Shown here one piece after another: positions 53,415 to 56,787 of a stretch of DNA of 56,787 bases. A model generated the notes under the pieces. The model saw only the letters and a list, made by a program, of their open reading frames with translations, made no database searches and had not been told where the DNA came from. The stretch spans positions 1 to 56,787 of the forward strand of contig JASGMG010000001.1 in NCBI GenBank assembly GCA_030156575.1, read 5' to 3'. Numbering within the stretch: position 1 is the first letter of the stretch; each line of letters begins with the position of its first letter. Both the position numbers and the translations under genes were made by a program. This DNA is from Patescibacteria group bacterium. GTDB taxonomy: Bacteria; Patescibacteriota; Saccharimonadia; Saccharimonadales; Saccharimonadaceae.

Positions 53415-56400
53415 ATGAATTTATTCGATGGCTTAAACTCGGCACAAATCGAAGCTGTGCAAACAACTTCTGGTCCACTTCTAATTCTGGCTGGAGCAGG
53501 TAGTGGTAAAACAAAGACATTAACACATAGAATCGCATACCTTATATCGCATGAGGTGATTTTTCCTAATGAAATTTTGGCTGTAACTTTTACTAATAAG
53601 GCGGCTCGTGAAATGCGTGATAGGTTGGGTGTTTTATTAGACCAAAATAGCAATAACCGTAATTTTATGCCTTGGATGGGGACTTTTCATGGTATTTGTG
53701 TAAGAATGCTCAGGCTTGACGGTGAGGCGATTGGAATCTCTAAAAATTTTGTTATTTATGATGAAGACGATAGGCAGGGATTGATTAAACAAGCTATGAA
53801 GCAGCTGTCAATCAGTGATGGAGAGATAAAAGCTAAAGCTGCTAGCGGTATAATATCGAGCTCTAAAAATGAGATGGTTAGCCCCGAGGATTACGAATCA
53901 ATTGCCCAATTACCTTATCAGAAAAACATTTCTAAAATATATAAGAAATATGAAGAACTTCGTAAGGCTGCAAAAGCACTTGATTTTGATGATTTATTGC
54001 TTGAAACTGTTCGTTTATTAAAGGATAAATCTGAAATTCGCAAAAAATGGCAAAAGAATTTCAAACATATCTTAATTGACGAATATCAGGATACTAACGC
54101 CGCTCAATATACGATTGTCAAATTATTAGTCAATGACCAACATAATATTTGTGTTGTTGGCGATGACTGGCAGTGTCTGGTTAAGGGGAGTCTTGTCGAG
54201 ACGCCTGTTGGGTTGAAAAAGATCGAAACTATAGAAAAAGGGGATATGGTTCGTTCGGCAAGTGGTTATGGATCTACCGGATATTTCAAGGTTCTAGATC
54301 GCAAGGAGTTCAATTTTAAAGAAGAAACGATAACCATTAAAACTGTTTCTGGAAGATCAATAACGTCTACTCCTAATCATTTATTTTTTGCTAAATGGGA
54401 TAAAACAACCGACTTATTTGTGTGTTTAATGTATTCACGAGTCAAGGGTTATAGAATTAGTATTCTAAAAGGTACAGAATTTGATGGCATGAAATTGAAA
54501 GTTCAAGCAAAACAGGAACAAGCAGATAGAACTTGGGTATTAAAGGTCTGCAGCGATCGACAAGAAGCGATGTATTATGAAGCGTTGTTTTCTTATAAAT
54601 ATGGTATACCGATGACGCCATTTAACACATCTAGTAATTTAACATCACATTTAAGCCAGTCCTATATTGATACTTTATATAAATCAGTTGACACAAAAGA
54701 GCGAGCAGAATCCTTAATGGGTGATTTTAAAATTATGTTTGATTATCCGCATTTCTTTTCGCAGGCAACTACCAGAGACTGTCTAAAACATGTTAACTTG
54801 AATGTTGTTTTGTTTGGTGATAAGCGTATTACAACTGCAAATCTATGGTCGGCTAGTAAATTATCTATCAATACAACAGATTCAAAGGATATGACTATTT
54901 TTGAGAATTTGGGCTATTCTGTCGAACCCGGTAGGGCAGGCACTCTTAAATCAGAGATTCATAACCTTGATTATGGAAAGATAGAGCAAGCTTTGCAAGA
55001 AATACAGTCAGTCACTGACAGTGATATGTTGTGTATACAAAAATATGGTTTTTTCACGAAGGATGATTCTTTTTTGTTTATGTCTGCTTCGCAAATACAT
55101 CCAGGTATGTTGCTGCCTGTTTTGGATGGTGATGAATTAATTCCGGATAAGGTAATAAGCGTTACAAAAGATGATTATAATGATAGTGTTTATGATTTAG
55201 ATATTGAAAAAGTACATAATTATATTGCAGACGGGGTAGCTGTTCATAACTCAATTTACTCATGGAGGGGTGCTGATTTTACTAACATTCTAAACTTTGA
55301 ACGAGATTTTAAAGGCACTAAAGTTATTAAATTAGAACAAAATTATCGTAGCACTGGAAATATTTTAGATGCCGCTAATAATGTAATAACTAAGAATGTT
55401 CAGCGTACTGATAAAAAGTTATGGACAGCTACTGGCCCTGGCAACCCTGTACAAGTACATTCGTTGTATGATGAAACAGAAGAAGCTAGTATGGTTGCCG
55501 AGCGGATTGCAACTCAGGTTAGAACAGGTGCTAGAAAGTATAAAGATTTTGCAATTTTATACCGTACCAATGCACAAAGTTATACTTTAGAACGCGCTTT
55601 CTTACGATTGCGAGTACCATATAAGATTGTTGGTGGTATTAGGTTTTATGATCGTAAAGAAATTAAAGACATTATTGCTTATTTGAGGTTGATTTATCAG
55701 CCACAAGATCGTATGAGTTTCAGTCGAATTGCCAATGTTCCAACTAGAGGTGTTGGCGCTATGAGTCTTGAGAAATTCTTAGTTTGGCAATCTGAAAGCG
55801 ATATGGATATTTTAACAGCTCTTAAGAATGTTGATCAGACTAGCACAATTACAACTAGGGCTAAGCTTGCTCTGTTTGATTTGGGTGAAAAATTACAAGA
55901 AGTTCATTCAATGGTCGAGACATCTAGTCCAACTGAATTAATTGAAAAGATTTTATTATTGACTAAATATAGAGACTTTATAATGGATGGTACCCCGCAA
56001 GCAGAAGAACGAGATGCTAACATTGGGTCATTATTATCTGATTCACAAAGTTTCTTGTCATTACCTGAGTTTCTAGAAGAGGTTGCTTTAATGTCGAGCG
56101 CTGATGTTAGTAATGATGATGAAAAGGTAACACTTATGACTTTACACGCCGCAAAAGGCCTTGAATTTCCTGTTGTATTTATTGTCGGCGTTGAAGAAGG
56201 AATATTACCTCATGCTAGGGTTTATGAAGCTGGCTTAGCTGAGTTAGAAGAAGAACGACGATTAGTATACGTTGGCATGACTCGTGCCTGTGAAGAGCTT
56301 TATATGACATGTGCTGAAAATCGTTTACAGTTTGGTCAACGTGGTTGTAATCCGATCTCACGATTTATTGCAGATATGGGTGATCAAATAACAATGTTTT

Positions 56401-56600
56401 CATCAGTAAGTCAATTCCAAACAGTTCATAAGCAGGAATTCTTTAGTGATGAGTTATTTAGTGTTGGTGAGAATGTTCGCTCATCGGCATTTGGCACCGG
56501 TCAAATAATCGAAGTTGATGGGTTAGCTGTGACAATTAAATTTGATGATGGATGCACTAAGAAGCTTAATGCTGAGTATGCTCATTTAGAGAAGATATAA
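53415..56600 (+). CDS. UvrD/PcrA-family ATP-dependent DNA helicase, interrupted by an intein
   Basis: Motif I 'ILAGAGSGKTKTLTHR', Ia 'ILAVTFTNKAAREM', II 'ILIDEYQDTN', split motif III 'VGDDWQ // SIYSWRGAD', 'LEQNYRS', 'ILYRTN', 'TLHAAKGLEFPVVF', 'RRLVYVGMTRA' and a C-terminal Tudor-like tail. 1061 aa including the 359-aa insert. Confidence 0.92.
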   Translation: MNLFDGLNSAQIEAVQTTSGPLLILAGAGSGKTKTLTHRIAYLISHEVIFPNEILAVTFTNKAAREMRDRLGVLLDQNSNNRNFMPWMGTFHGICVRMLRLDGEAIGISKNFVIYDEDDRQGLIKQAMKQLSISDGEIKAKAASGIISSSKNEMVSPEDYESIAQLPYQKNISKIYKKYEELRKAAKALDFDDLLLETVRLLKDKSEIRKKWQKNFKHILIDEYQDTNAAQYTIVKLLVNDQHNICVVGDDWQCLVKGSLVETPVGLKKIETIEKGDMVRSASGYGSTGYFKVLDRKEFNFKEETITIKTVSGRSITSTPNHLFFAKWDKTTDLFVCLMYSRVKGYRISILKGTEFDGMKLKVQAKQEQADRTWVLKVCSDRQEAMYYEALFSYKYGIPMTPFNTSSNLTSHLSQSYIDTLYKSVDTKERAESLMGDFKIMFDYPHFFSQATTRDCLKHVNLNVVLFGDKRITTANLWSASKLSINTTDSKDMTIFENLGYSVEPGRAGTLKSEIHNLDYGKIEQALQEIQSVTDSDMLCIQKYGFFTKDDSFLFMSASQIHPGMLLPVLDGDELIPDKVISVTKDDYNDSVYDLDIEKVHNYIADGVAVHNSIYSWRGADFTNILNFERDFKGTKVIKLEQNYRSTGNILDAANNVITKNVQRTDKKLWTATGPGNPVQVHSLYDETEEASMVAERIATQVRTGARKYKDFAILYRTNAQSYTLERAFLRLRVPYKIVGGIRFYDRKEIKDIIAYLRLIYQPQDRMSFSRIANVPTRGVGAMSLEKFLVWQSESDMDILTALKNVDQTSTITTRAKLALFDLGEKLQEVHSMVETSSPTELIEKILLLTKYRDFIMDGTPQAEERDANIGSLLSDSQSFLSLPEFLEEVALMSSADVSNDDEKVTLMTLHAAKGLEFPVVFIVGVEEGILPHARVYEAGLAELEEERRLVYVGMTRACEELYMTCAENRLQFGQRGCNPISRFIADMGDQITMFSSVSQFQTVHKQEFFSDELFSVGENVRSSAFGTGQIIEVDGLAVTIKFDDGCTKKLNAEYAHLEKI
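54174..55250 (+). mobile_element. Intein (359 aa) inserted in helicase motif III of UvrD/PcrA
   Basis: Starts with Cys ('CLVKGSLVETPVG', block A). Block B 'TSTPNHLFFA' (T-x-x-H). Blocks F/G 'VYDLDIEKVHNYIADGVAVHN' end in His-Asn, followed by +1 Ser. Removing the insert restores 'VGDDWQSIYSWRGA'. Confidence 0.85.
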
Positions 56601-56652
56601 GATATTCACTTAGCTTGAGTATCTAATCAAACTTATGCTAATATTATAAATA

Positions 56653-56733
56653 ATGCAAACAATTAATTCCAAGCTTAATTACTCATTGTCTCAAGCCTTC
56701 ACAATAGTCGAACTCCTAGACCTCATATATTAA
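56653..56733 (+). pseudogene. 26-codon prepilin N-terminal fragment
   Basis: My own translation: MQTINSKLNYSLSQA|FTIVELLDLIY*. It contains the FTIVELL core found in the 31092..31523 pilin, but stops 7 codons into the hydrophobic helix. Confidence 0.3.
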
Positions 56734-56787
56734 ATCAACTATTTTTAACACTGTATTCTTAATCTTTCATACTAACAAGCAATGGGT

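Noticed and set aside
1262-55590. Many 60-115-aa ORFs in the supplied track lie antisense to, or out of frame within, well-supported genes. Examples are 1262..1447, 2046..2249, 2050..2277, 5046..5258, 5388..5702, 9784..10047, 13727..13972, 14972..15238, 15377..15700, 16806..17006, 17646..17834, 19087..19380, 19660..19860, 19747..20013, 22834..23034, 24242..24589, 25169..25390, 26420..26644, 28485..28754, 29151..29453, 33094..33294, 33617..33814, 34085..34288, 40139..40342, 40428..40610, 41326..41619, 41787..41990, 46672..46875, 47321..47521, 50397..50588, 52997..53182, 53393..53653 and 55396..55590.
   Set aside because: Each is fully embedded in a longer ORF that carries unambiguous conserved motifs on the other strand or frame. 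Their translations are low-complexity with no recognisable motifs and no RBS. They are treated as shadow ORFs.
1-56787. I scanned for a CRISPR array, rRNA genes, IS or transposase genes, integrases and prophage genes.
   Set aside because: I saw no regularly spaced direct repeats. No ORF has transposase (DDE), integrase or phage structural motifs. There is no rRNA-like sequence. The only repeat of note is the inverted pair at 48.2 and 49.6 kb.
1-56787. I considered an alternative genetic code (UGA read as Gly, as in some CPR lineages).
   Set aside because: All conserved genes are full length under the standard code and end at positions consistent with their homologues. No conserved protein is split at a TGA.

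Overview
The window is AT-rich, very gene-dense bacterial chromosome read under the standard code (long intact ORFs, no in-frame TGA problem). It has no rRNA, no CRISPR array and no recognisable transposase, integrase or phage genes.

Gene content:
- Housekeeping genes: recA-recX, tsaE-tsaB, rny, glyA, folD, pyk, tpiA and uvrD/pcrA.
- Peptidoglycan and lipid II genes: an HTH-fused murA, murB, murT-gatD and uppP.
- A monoderm-style type IV pilus machine (pilB-pilC-pilM-pilN-pilO, no secretin), plus five prepilin genes and one prepilin fragment.
- A phosphoketolase, a sortase-type LPXTG surface protein, and seven tRNA genes (Pro, Arg x2, Gly, His, Lys, Glu).

By inference only, this combination fits a reduced-genome Patescibacteria/CPR organism of the Saccharibacteria (TM7) type. 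I cannot confirm that without a database search.

Observations most worth follow-up:
1. A translationally coupled pair, a pyruvoyl AdoMet-decarboxylase-like gene and a GNAT-like N-acyltransferase, lies between a stand-alone response regulator and a multi-TM GAF histidine kinase. It is a candidate small-molecule or aminolipid synthesis and sensing locus.
2. A ~65-bp element occurs twice in inverted orientation and brackets a whole surface or envelope gene, inside a locally GC-richer segment that also carries the LPXTG protein.
3. A 359-aa intein splits helicase motif III of UvrD/PcrA.
4. An XRE-type HTH domain is fused to the N-terminus of MurA.
5. A membrane-anchored two-ring Clp/Hsp100-like ATPase has a degenerate first Walker B motif.
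6. Several truncated gene remnants sit beside tRNA genes.

All protein calls rest on motif recognition by eye, not on database searches.
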